Origin: Thermodesulfobacteriota bacterium
Lineage (GTDB): Bacteria > Desulfobacterota_D > UBA1144 > Nemesobacterales > UBA2774
Direction: 5' to 3'
Length of the DNA: 64,000 nucleotides
Assembly (NCBI GenBank): GCA_965223335.1
Contig: OZ244991.1
Span: 544,001 to 608,000 of the forward strand
Shown piece by piece: positions 28,728 to 39,472 of this stretch. Under the pieces are notes generated by a model. The model searched no databases and was not told the DNA's origin. It saw only the letters and a list, made by a program, of their open reading frames with translations. The stretch's first letter is position 1, and the number at the start of each line of letters is the position of its first letter. Position numbers and translations under genes: made by a program.

Positions 28728-30767
28728 CTAACGAGCCTCTCCGACGGCTAATAATTTTTGGTATTTTCGCAAGATCGATAACGCATCAGCCCCCGTATAA
28801 ATAAAATCGTCAACCCCCACACTTTTGAGCTCATCTATCGAATCCTTGGGATACCCTGCTACTACCAAATAAGGTTTCTCAGCACCGTCCGATAGAGCGG
28901 CTGAAACTGCTTTAGCATAGTCTGGGTACTCGGCATCAGAGCTGCAAAGTACCGCTATATCGGGATTGGTGGATTTAACGGCCTCAACTGCCTGATCTAT
29001 AGTCTCAAAACCCGGGTTCTCAGTAATACTGAAACCGGCACACCCAAAGAAGTTGCCTGCAAAAGAAGCTCTGGCGTTTCGCATAGCCAGATGGCCTATT
29101 GGTATTAGAAAAACATTAATTTCACGTCCCGTCTCTTTAATGTAAAGTTCGGTTGCTAATCTCAGTTCTTCAAAACTTTGTGCACCTCGATACGAAACGA
29201 GCGGTTTTATCTCAATTGTTTCAACTTTCGAATAGGGCTTTAATAAATCACTTATCTTTACGTCTTGATCCTGAATTTTTGATATTAGATTATCGATGCT
29301 GTCGATATCACCTGTATATAGCTGCGCATCTGGGCCTGGTTTGCTCTTTTCTATCTTCTCGAGCATCGTTTCCCCGCGGTTAGGATATTGGTTCACGCCC
29401 AGAAAAACATCTTTTCTCTTGGCAGTATTCCGCTCTCTTTTTTCCCTAGTCTCGGAAATCTGATCCTGAACAAACCCGCTTTTAAGGGCGTTTATGAGCC
29501 CTCCCTCTTTTTCGACATTTAAGAAGAGCTCCCAAGAGGCCCCTGCAATTAAATCGGTCAGCGTCTCGATGTAATAAGAACCGGCCCCGGGATCAATAAC
29601 TTTGTCCAGATAGGACTCGTGCTTCACTATCAACTGAGTGTTTCGGGCCAACCTGTCCGTGAACTCGGACGAGTCAGTGTACTCAGCATCAAACGGCAGT
29701 GTTGTAAGCGTGTCACAACCACCTATTGAGCCCGCCATGGCTTCTACCGTACTCCTAAGTATGTTTACATAAGGGTCGTACACAGTCTTATTCCAGCGCG
29801 ATGTCTTGGCCTCGATTATCATTTGTACCGAGTCGGGGTTTAAACCGTTGAAAGCACCTATGATATTGGTCCATAACACCCTCGCGGCCCTAAGTTTTGC
29901 AATCTCTAGAAAGTAATCCGAGCCTATATCGAAAGAAAAACTCATATGTTTCGCAACCTGCCCCACACTCAGGTCGTTTTCCGTAAGCGCCGAGATGTAC
30001 TCGACACCCTTTGCTAGGCTAAATGAGAGCTCCTGCACAATAGAGGCCCCTGCATTCTTGTATGTACCGCTATCCACTTTGATTGCTTTAAACCCGGGCA
30101 TTGACTGATCTAGAAACTGTATGATATTCGTAACTTCTCTAAATAATTCGGTATTATTCCCGTTAGGACCCCGACCAGCTGCCTCCATCCGACCTATAGG
30201 GTCTGTATCCAGAGAGCCGCGTAATTTGCCGATATCAGCCCCACGCTGAGCAGCGACCGCAGTGAAAAGCGCCAACACAGGTGAAGGTGCCATACCGCAG
30301 ATGAAATTAATTGCAGTTTCTTCCAATGGAATATTGCTTAGCAACGAGGACATATCGCCTTTGTCTTGTATCGGGATACCGTTGGAAAGAACAGCACTAA
30401 AACCGGTTATAAACGTTACAGAATCGGTTCCGCTCTCTAAGCATTTTAGGGCAGATCGGTTCGCATCCGGGGCAGACTGTGCGCTAATTTCTTGGTTAAT
30501 AAGCCACGTGTTGCCAAGAGACTCCGAGTCCGGACTGTGGTGAATAGCATCTGTTAACCCTTCTGAGTCCCCGAGGTCCTCTAAACAATAAAAGGGCTTC
30601 ACTTTGATCTTCTCGTAGGGCTCCCAGATCAGTTTGTCTATGGAAGCACCCTTTAGATCCTGCTCTATATTTTTACTCCACTGTTCGCAACTGAGTGGGG
30701 GGAATTCGCTAAACAAGCTATCCCAGGTGGTGTTATTTTGTACGGTATCGGTAGATTTTTTATTCAT
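28728..30767 (-). CDS. mutA: Methylmalonyl-CoA mutase, small non-catalytic subunit
   Basis: [32 protein letters not shown]. Lacks DxHxxG and is adjacent to the large subunit. Confidence 0.9.
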   Translation of the reverse strand: MNKKSTDTVQNNTTWDSLFSEFPPLSCEQWSKNIEQDLKGASIDKLIWEPYEKIKVKPFYCLEDLGDSEGLTDAIHHSPDSESLGNTWLINQEISAQSAPDANRSALKCLESGTDSVTFITGFSAVLSNGIPIQDKGDMSSLLSNIPLEETAINFICGMAPSPVLALFTAVAAQRGADIGKLRGSLDTDPIGRMEAAGRGPNGNNTELFREVTNIIQFLDQSMPGFKAIKVDSGTYKNAGASIVQELSFSLAKGVEYISALTENDLSVGQVAKHMSFSFDIGSDYFLEIAKLRAARVLWTNIIGAFNGLNPDSVQMIIEAKTSRWNKTVYDPYVNILRSTVEAMAGSIGGCDTLTTLPFDAEYTDSSEFTDRLARNTQLIVKHESYLDKVIDPGAGSYYIETLTDLIAGASWELFLNVEKEGGLINALKSGFVQDQISETREKRERNTAKRKDVFLGVNQYPNRGETMLEKIEKSKPGPDAQLYTGDIDSIDNLISKIQDQDVKISDLLKPYSKVETIEIKPLVSYRGAQSFEELRLATELYIKETGREINVFLIPIGHLAMRNARASFAGNFFGCAGFSITENPGFETIDQAVEAVKSTNPDIAVLCSSDAEYPDYAKAVSAALSDGAEKPYLVVAGYPKDSIDELKSVGVDDFIYTGADALSILRKYQKLLAVGEAR

Positions 30768-30898
30768 TTTTTTGTTGGGCAGCCAGTTAGAGTAAAACCG
30801 TATACAGCATAAGTATTTCTATAATAATAAAGTAAACAAGGATAGTTGCAAATAGATATTGACTGCATGGGAGCCTGTGGTAATCTCAATCTAGTTGG

Positions 30899-30919
30899 AA
30901 TTGAATTTTAATTTCATTT
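30899..30919. promoter_or_regulatory. Possible Fur box upstream of the FTR1 gene
   Basis: Imperfect palindrome AATTGAATTTTAATTTCATTT in front of an iron permease. The AT-rich context weakens the call. Confidence 0.35.
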
Positions 30920-30988
30920 TCTATTAATTGGGTGTAGACTTTAGGTCTGGTACAAATTCCATCATATAATCCAACACACAAAAGGGGC

Positions 30989-33172
30989 TTGTTATTGTTC
31001 AAATATACTCGTCTTAGTATCTACTTAGCACTCTTACTGACCTTCTTACCCGCAGTCTCACATGCATCACCCGAAGCAAACCGCATCTTATCCCTGGTTG
31101 ACTACATAGGAGGGGACTATAAAAATGCCGTCCAAAACGGCGCCGTCATTAGCACTGACGAATACAACGAGATGCAGGAGTTTACCGCAGGGGCCATTTC
31201 ATATTTTGATAAACTCAAGTCAGTAGAAGGGGACAGAGCAAATATAGAACAGGATCTAGATAGCCTAAAAATAAAGATTGATAACTACGCCGGCGTAAAA
31301 GAGGTCGAGAACCTAGCAAACCAAATCAAAAACAAGATCATCATAGAGTTCGATATACAACCCTACCCCCAGAGTTCCCCCTCGTATGAAATGGGCAAAG
31401 AGCTCTACACCCGGAACTGCGCTGCTTGCCATGGCAATTACGGTGCGGGTGACGGCACTATTGCCGAGGGTCTAAACCCTCCGCCAGCCAGTTTCACAGA
31501 CATCCAAGCAGTGGGCGGATTATCGCCCTTTAAGGTATTCAATACAGTTCGGTTCGGGATAGACGGTACAGCGATGCCTGCATTCCCGGGGCTTAGGGAT
31601 GGAGACAAATGGGACATCGCATTTTATACACTCTCGCTTGGCTACAAGCCCCAGAACCTTAGCTTTACCGCTAACCTAAAGAACTCGCTTCCCCCAGAGT
31701 TAACAGATTATAAATACATTGCCGGCAAATCGAACGACGAATTAACTGCAATAATAGCCAAGCATCTCGATGAAGAGAGCAAAATCGCTGGTGCCATAGC
31801 CTATATTAGGTCCCCGGAACAAGAACCCGCAACCTCAGAGAATAAGTCCATAGCCTTCACTCGCTCGATGCTCGATAGCGCCCTAACCCTATACGGTGAG
31901 GGCAACAAAGAACAGGCATATACCACAGCCATAGAAGGCTATCTAGAGGGCTATGAAAATGTAGAGCCCGAGCTTGCTATAAAGGACAAAAATTTTGCAT
32001 TTGCCCTCGAGACTAAACTAGGTAAGTTCAGAAACGCAATCAAACAAGAGAAACCCCTAGCAGAGCTAGTTGCTCTAAACACTGAGATCCAAACAGATCT
32101 CGAGAGCGCAGCTGCGATGCTAAACCAAAAAGAGTCTGCCAGTGGCTACCTGGCTTTTGTAAACTCATTCTCAATTATTGTTAGAGAGGGGCTTGAAGCC
32201 ATCTTGATTATAGCGGCCATTATTGCATTTCTGGGTGCAGCGAACTCAAGGCACCTGATCAAATATATTCATCTCGGATGGATATCGGCACTGGTTGCAG
32301 GGTTTTTTACATGGCTCCTTGCCAAGACTGTGATCCATATAAGCGGGGCGCAAAGAGAGGTGATCGAGGGTGTCACGTCACTACTTGCTGCAGCGGTGCT
32401 ATTTTATGTGAGCTACTGGCTAATTACCAAGATAGAGGTAAAGAAATGGAAGCAGTATATCCACGGCAAACTAGAAAAGGCACTTACTAAAAAGAGTGTC
32501 ATAGCGCTTGCGAGTGTGTCGTTCTTTGCAGTCTACCGCGAGGCGTTTGAAACAGTTTTATTCTACCAGGCACTGTTTCACTCCGAGAGCGCAACCTCGT
32601 CCATAATATGGGGTATAGTAGCGGGTGCGATTGTACTAGTAGCGCTTTGCTTCGTAATATTTAAGCTCGCCTATAAAATACCTCTCAAATACTTCTTCTC
32701 GGTAACGAGCGTATTTCTCTATCTGCTGTCGTTTATACTACTCGGGAAGGGAATTAGAGAGCTCCAGGAAGCAGGGATGATTGATGTAACACCAGTTGTG
32801 TTTTTGCCCCAGATAGACGTGCTCGGCGTTTATCCCACGGTTGAAACCGCCCTGCCGCAGGGCTTACTGCTGCTTGCATTTTTCTTTGGATTTGTTTGGA
32901 TAGCGTATGTAACTCACGAGAGAGAAAAGAAAGAATTGGCAGTCAGTATCTCTCGTATAGCTGACGATATGAAAACAATGTCAACCGCTTTTGATCATAT
33001 AAAAGGGCATATCATCGAGTGGCGCAGGTGCGAAGAGATCGACCTTGAAGCAGAGGAACTCGACCGCCAGATCCACGACGTGATCGACCACGTAGATGAA
33101 CTAGAGAACAAGATCGGTGATTTTTATAATGTAGTATCCAAGACTAACGACCCGGTCACAAAAACTCACTAG
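30989..33172 (+). CDS. Cytochrome c / FTR1 family iron permease fusion (PbrT-like)
   Basis: Signal peptide, CAACH haem motif, GTAMPAF, two REXXE motifs (REGLE, REAFE) in a 7-TM domain. Confidence 0.92.
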   Translation: MLLFKYTRLSIYLALLLTFLPAVSHASPEANRILSLVDYIGGDYKNAVQNGAVISTDEYNEMQEFTAGAISYFDKLKSVEGDRANIEQDLDSLKIKIDNYAGVKEVENLANQIKNKIIIEFDIQPYPQSSPSYEMGKELYTRNCAACHGNYGAGDGTIAEGLNPPPASFTDIQAVGGLSPFKVFNTVRFGIDGTAMPAFPGLRDGDKWDIAFYTLSLGYKPQNLSFTANLKNSLPPELTDYKYIAGKSNDELTAIIAKHLDEESKIAGAIAYIRSPEQEPATSENKSIAFTRSMLDSALTLYGEGNKEQAYTTAIEGYLEGYENVEPELAIKDKNFAFALETKLGKFRNAIKQEKPLAELVALNTEIQTDLESAAAMLNQKESASGYLAFVNSFSIIVREGLEAILIIAAIIAFLGAANSRHLIKYIHLGWISALVAGFFTWLLAKTVIHISGAQREVIEGVTSLLAAAVLFYVSYWLITKIEVKKWKQYIHGKLEKALTKKSVIALASVSFFAVYREAFETVLFYQALFHSESATSSIIWGIVAGAIVLVALCFVIFKLAYKIPLKYFFSVTSVFLYLLSFILLGKGIRELQEAGMIDVTPVVFLPQIDVLGVYPTVETALPQGLLLLAFFFGFVWIAYVTHEREKKELAVSISRIADDMKTMSTAFDHIKGHIIEWRRCEEIDLEAEELDRQIHDVIDHVDELENKIGDFYNVVSKTNDPVTKTH

Positions 33173-33241
33173 CTATAAATCCCACAATTCCTCCCCCCTG
33201 CTCGCCTTGCCTAAAAAATATGAAGCTTTACACTTAAAGCT

Positions 33242-33916
33242 ATGGCCAATACAGCAGTGATAATACTATCCGGTGGGATCGACAGCTCCACTCTACTCTA
33301 CGAATCCATTAATAAGGGATTTAACCCACACGTACTCACATTCAATTACGGCCAGAGACACATAAAAGAGATCGAGTCTGCTAAAACCATATGTGAGCAC
33401 CTAGGCATACCACATAAAGTAGTCGACATCTCAGACATTAATGCTCTTATGAAAGGCTCTGCCCTTACAGACACCGATGTCGATGTGCCCGAGGTACCGG
33501 AAACAGTTGAGCACTTTGACACTCTAACAACTACTATAGTGCCCAACAGAAACGCCGTGTTTTTATCCATAGCTATTGCATATGCGGTCAGTATAGGGGC
33601 CCAGCACGTCTATTTCGGGGCGCATCACTCGGACCGCGGCGTGTATCCGGACTGCAGAAAAGAGTTCATAGATGCATTCCAGACATCCGAGAGGTTGGCA
33701 ACTGATAACCCGGACCTAATCATTGAAGCTCCCTTTGTAGATCTGGATAAGTCCGACATAGTAGCCTGGGGATCAAAACTCGGAGTACCGTTCGAGCTCA
33801 CATGGACATGCTATAACGGCGGGGAGCGCCACTGTGGAAAATGCTCATCGTGTAGAGAGCGTCAACGTGCTTTTAGGGAAGCGGGGGTAAGCGACCCCAC
33901 AGAGTATCAAGAATGA
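33242..33916 (+). CDS. queC: 7-cyano-7-deazaguanine synthase
   Basis: SGGIDS, YGQRH, VPNRN, YPDCR, TWTCY..HCGKCSSC. Confidence 0.96.
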   Translation: MANTAVIILSGGIDSSTLLYESINKGFNPHVLTFNYGQRHIKEIESAKTICEHLGIPHKVVDISDINALMKGSALTDTDVDVPEVPETVEHFDTLTTTIVPNRNAVFLSIAIAYAVSIGAQHVYFGAHHSDRGVYPDCRKEFIDAFQTSERLATDNPDLIIEAPFVDLDKSDIVAWGSKLGVPFELTWTCYNGGERHCGKCSSCRERQRAFREAGVSDPTEYQE

Positions 33917-34554
33917 AAATAAGTGAGATTTTTTATTCGATACAGGGCGAGGGCATACAGATGGGACTACCCACTGTATTCGTCCGCCTGTTCTCGTGTG
34001 ATCTAAGGTGTTCATGGTGCGATACCATGTATGCAGTCGAGGGACGGGACCTGAAAGACATGTCAGTCACAGAGGTCGAAAATGACATAAGCCTTTATGC
34101 TTGTAAAAGGGTATGTCTGACCGGAGGAGAACCCCTAATACAAAAAGACGAACTTGTTCTTCTCGCCCAGAACTTATTAGACAAAGATTATAGTTTGGTT
34201 CTTGAAACCAGCGGTCACAAAACCCCTCCATCTGTATTTTGGACTGAGCGATGTTTGATCAGTATGGACTGCAAATGCCCAAGCTCAAACATGCAAGACA
34301 AAATGGATTTCGAACTGTTTTTAAAACTACGACCCACTGACCAGCTTAAGTTTGTGATCAAAGACCAAGCAGATTACGAATATGCTCGAGGTGTGTTAGA
34401 GCGCCACGCGATAAAAACCAATATCGTATTCCAAACAGTAGACTCTCAAAACCCGGGGTGGCTCGCAGACAATATAATCCAGGACGGCCTCCAAGGAGTC
34501 CGACTACTCCCCCAATTCCACAAGATTATGTGGGGAGCCGTTCGTGGTGTATAA
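33913..34554 (+). CDS. queE: 7-carboxy-7-deazaguanine synthase (radical SAM)
   Basis: EIFYSIQGEG, CDLRCSWCDT, TGGEP, PQFHK. ATGA overlap with queC. Confidence 0.93.
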   Translation: MKISEIFYSIQGEGIQMGLPTVFVRLFSCDLRCSWCDTMYAVEGRDLKDMSVTEVENDISLYACKRVCLTGGEPLIQKDELVLLAQNLLDKDYSLVLETSGHKTPPSVFWTERCLISMDCKCPSSNMQDKMDFELFLKLRPTDQLKFVIKDQADYEYARGVLERHAIKTNIVFQTVDSQNPGWLADNIIQDGLQGVRLLPQFHKIMWGAVRGV

Positions 34555-34662
34555 TATATGGTGTGGGGTAGAAGATAGGGAAGCCTTATTTATTTTTCGA
34601 TCCTAACATGTTATAATCGGGTTTGCTCAAATGACAGGGCCGAATAGGTCCGGAGGCGTATT

Positions 34663-35526
34663 ATGGACGATATAAAAAAGAATTTTGATTACGAGCCGTT
34701 TTCTGAGACAGAAGAGTATAGAAAGGTTAATGGCGATATTATTCGCGGTTGGATAGAGATAATTTCAGACACCAGGAACAATGGCGTAGACCGTTTACTC
34801 GACATTGCAACGGGTGCGGGCACCATGGTACAGCTCGTTTTTGATCAACTGCCGACGAGATGGAAAGAGGCTGCCGTAATGTGTTTGGACCAGTCGGCCG
34901 AAGCGCTTAAACTAGCACAGATGAAGCTTGAAAAAACCGTCGATAAAATAAAGTTAGTTCACTCTTCGGTAGAGAACATGACGATTGATGATCAGAGTGT
35001 GGACGTGGCGGTTTGGGGTAACGGTATCCATTATCTGAGTGAAGAAGATCAGCTCTCGAGCGTTAAAAGAATCAAGAAAGCACTTAAACCAGGCGGGTTA
35101 TTTTTCTTTAACACTGCATTTTACGAAGAGGCCAGACCCGCCGAAACACTGCCATTTTACCGTACACAGGTTAAAAACGCTGTGAACCATCTGAGGAAAC
35201 AGGGCATATCTAGGGAAAAGAGCGATACCAGGACCCAAGCTGCAAAGTTCTTGCCCAGATCCTATTATGAAGATCTCGTAGAGGACGCGGGGTTTAAGCT
35301 TGTAGAAGCGAAAGAATACGCTGTAGAGATGTACCAAGAAGCCTGGGAATACATAAGCGGGTTCCAACAGTACGCAGGTGGTGCACTCCGTGGGTACCCC
35401 ATTGATGACGCCGTACGTGCTATGACAGAAGCAGTGGAACCGGCACTTGTCCAACACGGTGACAGGGACAAAGAAGGTAAACCCTACATCACGCGTAAAT
35501 GGCTTGCCATCAGCGCTCAGGCGTAA
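34663..35526 (+). CDS. Class I SAM-dependent methyltransferase
   Basis: LLDIATGAG motif I and LKPGG. Confidence 0.85.
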   Translation: MDDIKKNFDYEPFSETEEYRKVNGDIIRGWIEIISDTRNNGVDRLLDIATGAGTMVQLVFDQLPTRWKEAAVMCLDQSAEALKLAQMKLEKTVDKIKLVHSSVENMTIDDQSVDVAVWGNGIHYLSEEDQLSSVKRIKKALKPGGLFFFNTAFYEEARPAETLPFYRTQVKNAVNHLRKQGISREKSDTRTQAAKFLPRSYYEDLVEDAGFKLVEAKEYAVEMYQEAWEYISGFQQYAGGALRGYPIDDAVRAMTEAVEPALVQHGDRDKEGKPYITRKWLAISAQA

Positions 35527-35586
35527 CCATCCTATATTTACCAGTCTCCATATATTAGCTATTGGTTAGTAAGTGAGAGCTGTGCA

Positions 35587-36936
35587 CTACTGCAAGTTAT
35601 AGTAGTCAAGACCAAGGTGCGTTATCAGGTCCTCACCCTTTAGGTACCGTAGAGTGTTTTTAAGCTTCATAAGCTGTATAAAAACATCGTGCTCGGGGTA
35701 GAGATCCGGGGCATGCATCGGGCTCTTAAAATAGAAAGACAACCACTCCTGTATACCGCTAAATCTGCAACGCTTTGCCAGATCCAAAAACAACACCAGA
35801 TCTAATACTATGGGAGCTGCAAGAATGCTGTCCCTGCAAAGGAAATTAACCTTAATCTGCATTGGGTACCCTAGCCACCCGAATATATCTATATTATCCC
35901 ACGCCTCTTTGGCATCGCCTCGGGGCGGGTAATAATTTATCCTCACCTTGTGATAGTAGTCTGAATATAGGTCTGGGTAGAGGTCGGGCTGGAAAATATA
36001 GTCCAACACACCTAGTTTGCTTTCCTCTTTAGTTTTAAACGAGTAGGGATCGTCCAGGACCTCGCCATCCCTATTGCCCAGCACATTTGTCGAGAACCAA
36101 CCGTTTAACCCAATCATCCGGCTCTTTAGTCCCGGGGCAATAATAGTTTTCATAAGGGTCTGTCCTGTCTTAAAGTCCTTGCCGGCAATAGGCACCTTGT
36201 GTTTCTTGGCAAGATCTACCAGAGCGGGAACATCGGCCGAGAGGTTAGGCGCACCGTTCGCATATGGGACACCGCACTTGATCGCCGCATAAGCATAGAT
36301 CATGCTGGGCGGTATAGCGGGGTCGTTATTTTTTAGTCCCCTCTCAAATGAAGTAATGGAGTTATGCACCTTGGTGGGCTGGATATACACCTCTGTACTC
36401 CCGCACCACACCATAACCAGACGGCTTAGTCGGTTTTGTTTTTTAAAGTCCTTTATATCATCTATGAGTTGGAGGGCAAGGTCCATCTTTGTCTTTCCGC
36501 GTTTAAGATGTCTGCCGTTTAGGTTTTTTACATACTTGCGGCTAAAAACCGCTTTCATGGGAGCATTTTGATCGAGCTCAGTCTTTAGTTCACCCAGAAT
36601 CTCTCGGTCCAACACCCCTGCTTTTAATGCTGCTTCATAGCAGTTGTCGGGGAATATATCCCAGCCCCCGAACACCAGGTCTTGGGGTTCGGCCAGGGGA
36701 ATAAAATCCTTTATGAGCGGTGCCTTCTTTTCAGTCCTCTTACCCAGCCTAATTGTGCCCAGCTGTGTGAGTGATCCAATCGGTTTGCCCAGGCCTTGCT
36801 TTATGGCCTCTACTCCCGCAACAAAGGTGGTGCTCACAGCCCCACTCATACCGGGGAGCAGCACTCCGAGTCTGCCGGTGGGGGACTTGATTGTTTTGGA
36901 TTTGACCTTAGTCGATTTAGTGCGTTTGGCTGGCAA
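35587..36936 (-). CDS. ino1: myo-inositol-1-phosphate (inositol-3-phosphate) synthase
   Basis: VFGGWD, GKDFKTGQTLMK, NVLGNRDG, GDAKEAWD, RDSILAAPIVLDL. TTG start. Confidence 0.95.
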   Translation of the reverse strand: MPAKRTKSTKVKSKTIKSPTGRLGVLLPGMSGAVSTTFVAGVEAIKQGLGKPIGSLTQLGTIRLGKRTEKKAPLIKDFIPLAEPQDLVFGGWDIFPDNCYEAALKAGVLDREILGELKTELDQNAPMKAVFSRKYVKNLNGRHLKRGKTKMDLALQLIDDIKDFKKQNRLSRLVMVWCGSTEVYIQPTKVHNSITSFERGLKNNDPAIPPSMIYAYAAIKCGVPYANGAPNLSADVPALVDLAKKHKVPIAGKDFKTGQTLMKTIIAPGLKSRMIGLNGWFSTNVLGNRDGEVLDDPYSFKTKEESKLGVLDYIFQPDLYPDLYSDYYHKVRINYYPPRGDAKEAWDNIDIFGWLGYPMQIKVNFLCRDSILAAPIVLDLVLFLDLAKRCRFSGIQEWLSFYFKSPMHAPDLYPEHDVFIQLMKLKNTLRYLKGEDLITHLGLDYYNLQ

Positions 36937-36944
36937 TATGGAAA

Positions 36945-37337
36945 TTACCTCTTAGAGAACTGCTGTCCGCGTCTTGCCTTTTTGAGACCGTATTTTTTCC
37001 TCTCTACCATCCTCGGGTCTCTTCTAAGCAGCCCTGCCGTTTTAAGTGGTTGCCTGAATGTTTCGTCAGCTTTGGTTAGCGCTCTGGATAGCCCATGGCG
37101 TACCGCACCTGCCTGGCCCGTAAGACCGCCGCCCTTAACATCTATATGCACATTATATTTGCCGTCGGTCTGTGTAACCTTAAGCGGCTCCAGTGCATGC
37201 ACCCTCCATGCCTCTCTGGGAAAGTAATCTTCCACACCCCTTTTATTTACAGATATATTTCCATCCCCCGGGCGTAACCACACTCTGGCGATAGATGTTT
37301 TCCGTCTTCCGGTTCCGTAATATACTACTTCTGCCAT
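36945..37337 (-). CDS. rpsI: 30S ribosomal protein S9
   Basis: [41 protein letters not shown]. Confidence 0.99.
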   Translation of the reverse strand: MAEVVYYGTGRRKTSIARVWLRPGDGNISVNKRGVEDYFPREAWRVHALEPLKVTQTDGKYNVHIDVKGGGLTGQAGAVRHGLSRALTKADETFRQPLKTAGLLRRDPRMVERKKYGLKKARRGQQFSKR

Positions 37338-37343
37338 CTTCTA

Positions 37344-37775
37344 TTAAACCTCCAAAATTTCAGGTTTTTGAGGAGCGTGTGGGTGATCCTGCCCTGCATA
37401 CACCTTTAGTCTGGTTATTAGTTTTTTCTGAGTCCTATTTTTCGGCAACATCCCGTACACTGCTTTTCTAAGAATCTCTCCCGGTTTTTTCTTTTGCAGA
37501 TCCTCTGCCGTGATAGATTTTATGCCACCCGGGTAATTACTGTGCGAGTAGTACGTTTTCTGCGACCATTTCTTACCGGTAAAGTTTACCTTATCGGCGT
37601 TAACCACGATAACAAAGTCGCCTGTGTCCGCATGCGGGGTAAACGTAGGTTTATTCTTTCCCCTAAGTGTCATCGCAATCTTTGTTGCAATCCTGCCTAC
37701 GGTCTTGCCTTGGGCATCGATTAAGTACCATTTTTTCTGATCTATGTCCTGCTTTTTAGCCATATAGCTTTTCAT
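37344..37775 (-). CDS. rplM: 50S ribosomal protein L13
   Basis: WYLIDA, LRGKNKPTFTPHADTGD, GMLPKN. Start set at MKSYMAK. Confidence 0.98.
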   Translation of the reverse strand: MKSYMAKKQDIDQKKWYLIDAQGKTVGRIATKIAMTLRGKNKPTFTPHADTGDFVIVVNADKVNFTGKKWSQKTYYSHSNYPGGIKSITAEDLQKKKPGEILRKAVYGMLPKNRTQKKLITRLKVYAGQDHPHAPQKPEILEV

Positions 37776-37954
37776 TTCACACACCTTAAAAAAATTAAAT
37801 GAGTAAGCAGCTAAATTTACCAATTGTTATAAGAATGTCAAGCGGTTTAGTACTGCTACCAGATTTAGTATACCGACCCATTATTTCACGCTCTGATTGG
37901 TCTTGAGTAGTTAAAATGATATACTCAGTACCTACAAAGTATACACATTATACA

Positions 37955-39442
37955 ATGAAAGCCACTGCAAATAATAGACCAGAGGGCTGGAAGCGTGAAT
38001 TCTCCGGCAAACTACAAAACATACTCAGTGTAGACAGGTTCATATCTTCCGAAGACGAGCTCCTCGTATACGAGTGTGATGGGCTATCGGGCTACAGAGT
38101 AAAACCCATTTTCGTCGTACTGCCCGAGACAGCCCAAGAGGTTTCACAAGTCATCAAGCTCTGTAACCAATACGATGTACCGTTTGTACCCAGAGGGGCA
38201 GGTACGGGGCTCTCGGGAGGGGCACTGCCCACAGAAGAGGGCATTGTGATATCACTTGCGAAAATGAATAAGATCCTAGAGGTCGACATACCCAACAGAT
38301 ACGTAGTAGTAGAGCCCGGTGTGGTAAACCTGTGGGTAACCGACGCTGTCAGCCAAAGCGGTTACTACTACGCACCCGACCCCTCGAGTCAGGTCGTTTG
38401 TACGATCGGGGGCAATGTAGCCGAGAACTCGGGCGGGGTTCACTGCCTTAAATACGGGGTTACCACCAACCATGTGCTCGGGCTCGAGATGGTGCTGCCC
38501 AACGGAGAGATAATCGAGGTCGGTGGGAAAACACAGGACACTCCCGGGTACGATCTACTGGGGCTCACAGTGGGGTCCGAGGGGCTATTGGGCATTGTTA
38601 CGAAAGTAATCTTAAAAATCATCAGAAAACCCGAAGCTGTTAAAACCATATTGGCCTCTTTTGACATGATCGAAGACGCAGGGGCCTCAGTGTCGGGGAT
38701 AACTGCAAGCGGCGTGATCCCGGCAGGGATGGAGATCATGGACAGCCTGAGCATTAAATCTGTCGAAGAGATCATCGGCGCGGGCTATCCCAAAGATGCA
38801 GGTGCCATACTGCTAATAGAGCTTGACGGCCCCGGTGCAGAGGTCGAGGCACATCTGCCGATCGTGGAGCAGGTGCTGGCTCAAAACAATGCAAAAGAGA
38901 TAAAAATCGCCAAAGACTCACGAGAGCGAGAGCTCTTTTGGAAAGGACGCAAGAGTGCATTCCCCGCAATGGGCCGAATAAGCCCCGATTACTATGTGCA
39001 GGACGGGGTAATCCCCCGGAGCAAGCTTGCCTGGGTGCTGGGCAAGATAGGGGAACTCAGCAGTGAGTACGGCCTTCGGGTGGCAAACGTGTTCCATGCA
39101 GGCGACGGCAACCTACACCCGCTTATACTCTATGATTCCAATGTGGAAGGCGACCATGAAAAAGCTGAGAAATTGGCAGGAGAGATCCTAGAGGTATGTG
39201 TAAAATCGGGCGGCAGTATTACCGGTGAGCACGGTGTCGGGGTCGATAAGAAGAGGTTTCTGTCCTTAATGTTTAAAGAAGAGGACATCGATACGATGAA
39301 CCTAATAAGGTGCTCGTTTGACCCCAAGGGGCTATGCAACCCCGGCAAGGTGTTCCCAACTCCGCGTACCTGTGTCGAGCCCGATCTAAAACCACAAGAC
39401 CACAAGAGAATACACCCTCCTGAGATGGGCGAGATGTACTGA
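37955..39442 (+). CDS. glcD: Glycolate oxidase FAD-linked subunit
   Basis: PRGAGTGLSGG, PDPSSQ..CTIGGN, HAGDGNLHP, GEHGVG. Start uncertain (37916 or 37955). Confidence 0.9.
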   Translation: MKATANNRPEGWKREFSGKLQNILSVDRFISSEDELLVYECDGLSGYRVKPIFVVLPETAQEVSQVIKLCNQYDVPFVPRGAGTGLSGGALPTEEGIVISLAKMNKILEVDIPNRYVVVEPGVVNLWVTDAVSQSGYYYAPDPSSQVVCTIGGNVAENSGGVHCLKYGVTTNHVLGLEMVLPNGEIIEVGGKTQDTPGYDLLGLTVGSEGLLGIVTKVILKIIRKPEAVKTILASFDMIEDAGASVSGITASGVIPAGMEIMDSLSIKSVEEIIGAGYPKDAGAILLIELDGPGAEVEAHLPIVEQVLAQNNAKEIKIAKDSRERELFWKGRKSAFPAMGRISPDYYVQDGVIPRSKLAWVLGKIGELSSEYGLRVANVFHAGDGNLHPLILYDSNVEGDHEKAEKLAGEILEVCVKSGGSITGEHGVGVDKKRFLSLMFKEEDIDTMNLIRCSFDPKGLCNPGKVFPTPRTCVEPDLKPQDHKRIHPPEMGEMY

Positions 39443-39472
39443 TCCCCCTTCTCAAACAGAAAAGAGAAAAAA

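Noticed and set aside
30768..30988. Cobalamin riboswitch upstream of the mutase operon
   Set aside because: AT-rich, with no recognisable B12-box or core stems.
33242..35526. 7-deazaguanine DNA-modification (dpd) defence system
   Set aside because: Only queC and queE plus a generic methyltransferase are present, with no dpdA/tgt-like gene. Ordinary queuosine synthesis explains them.
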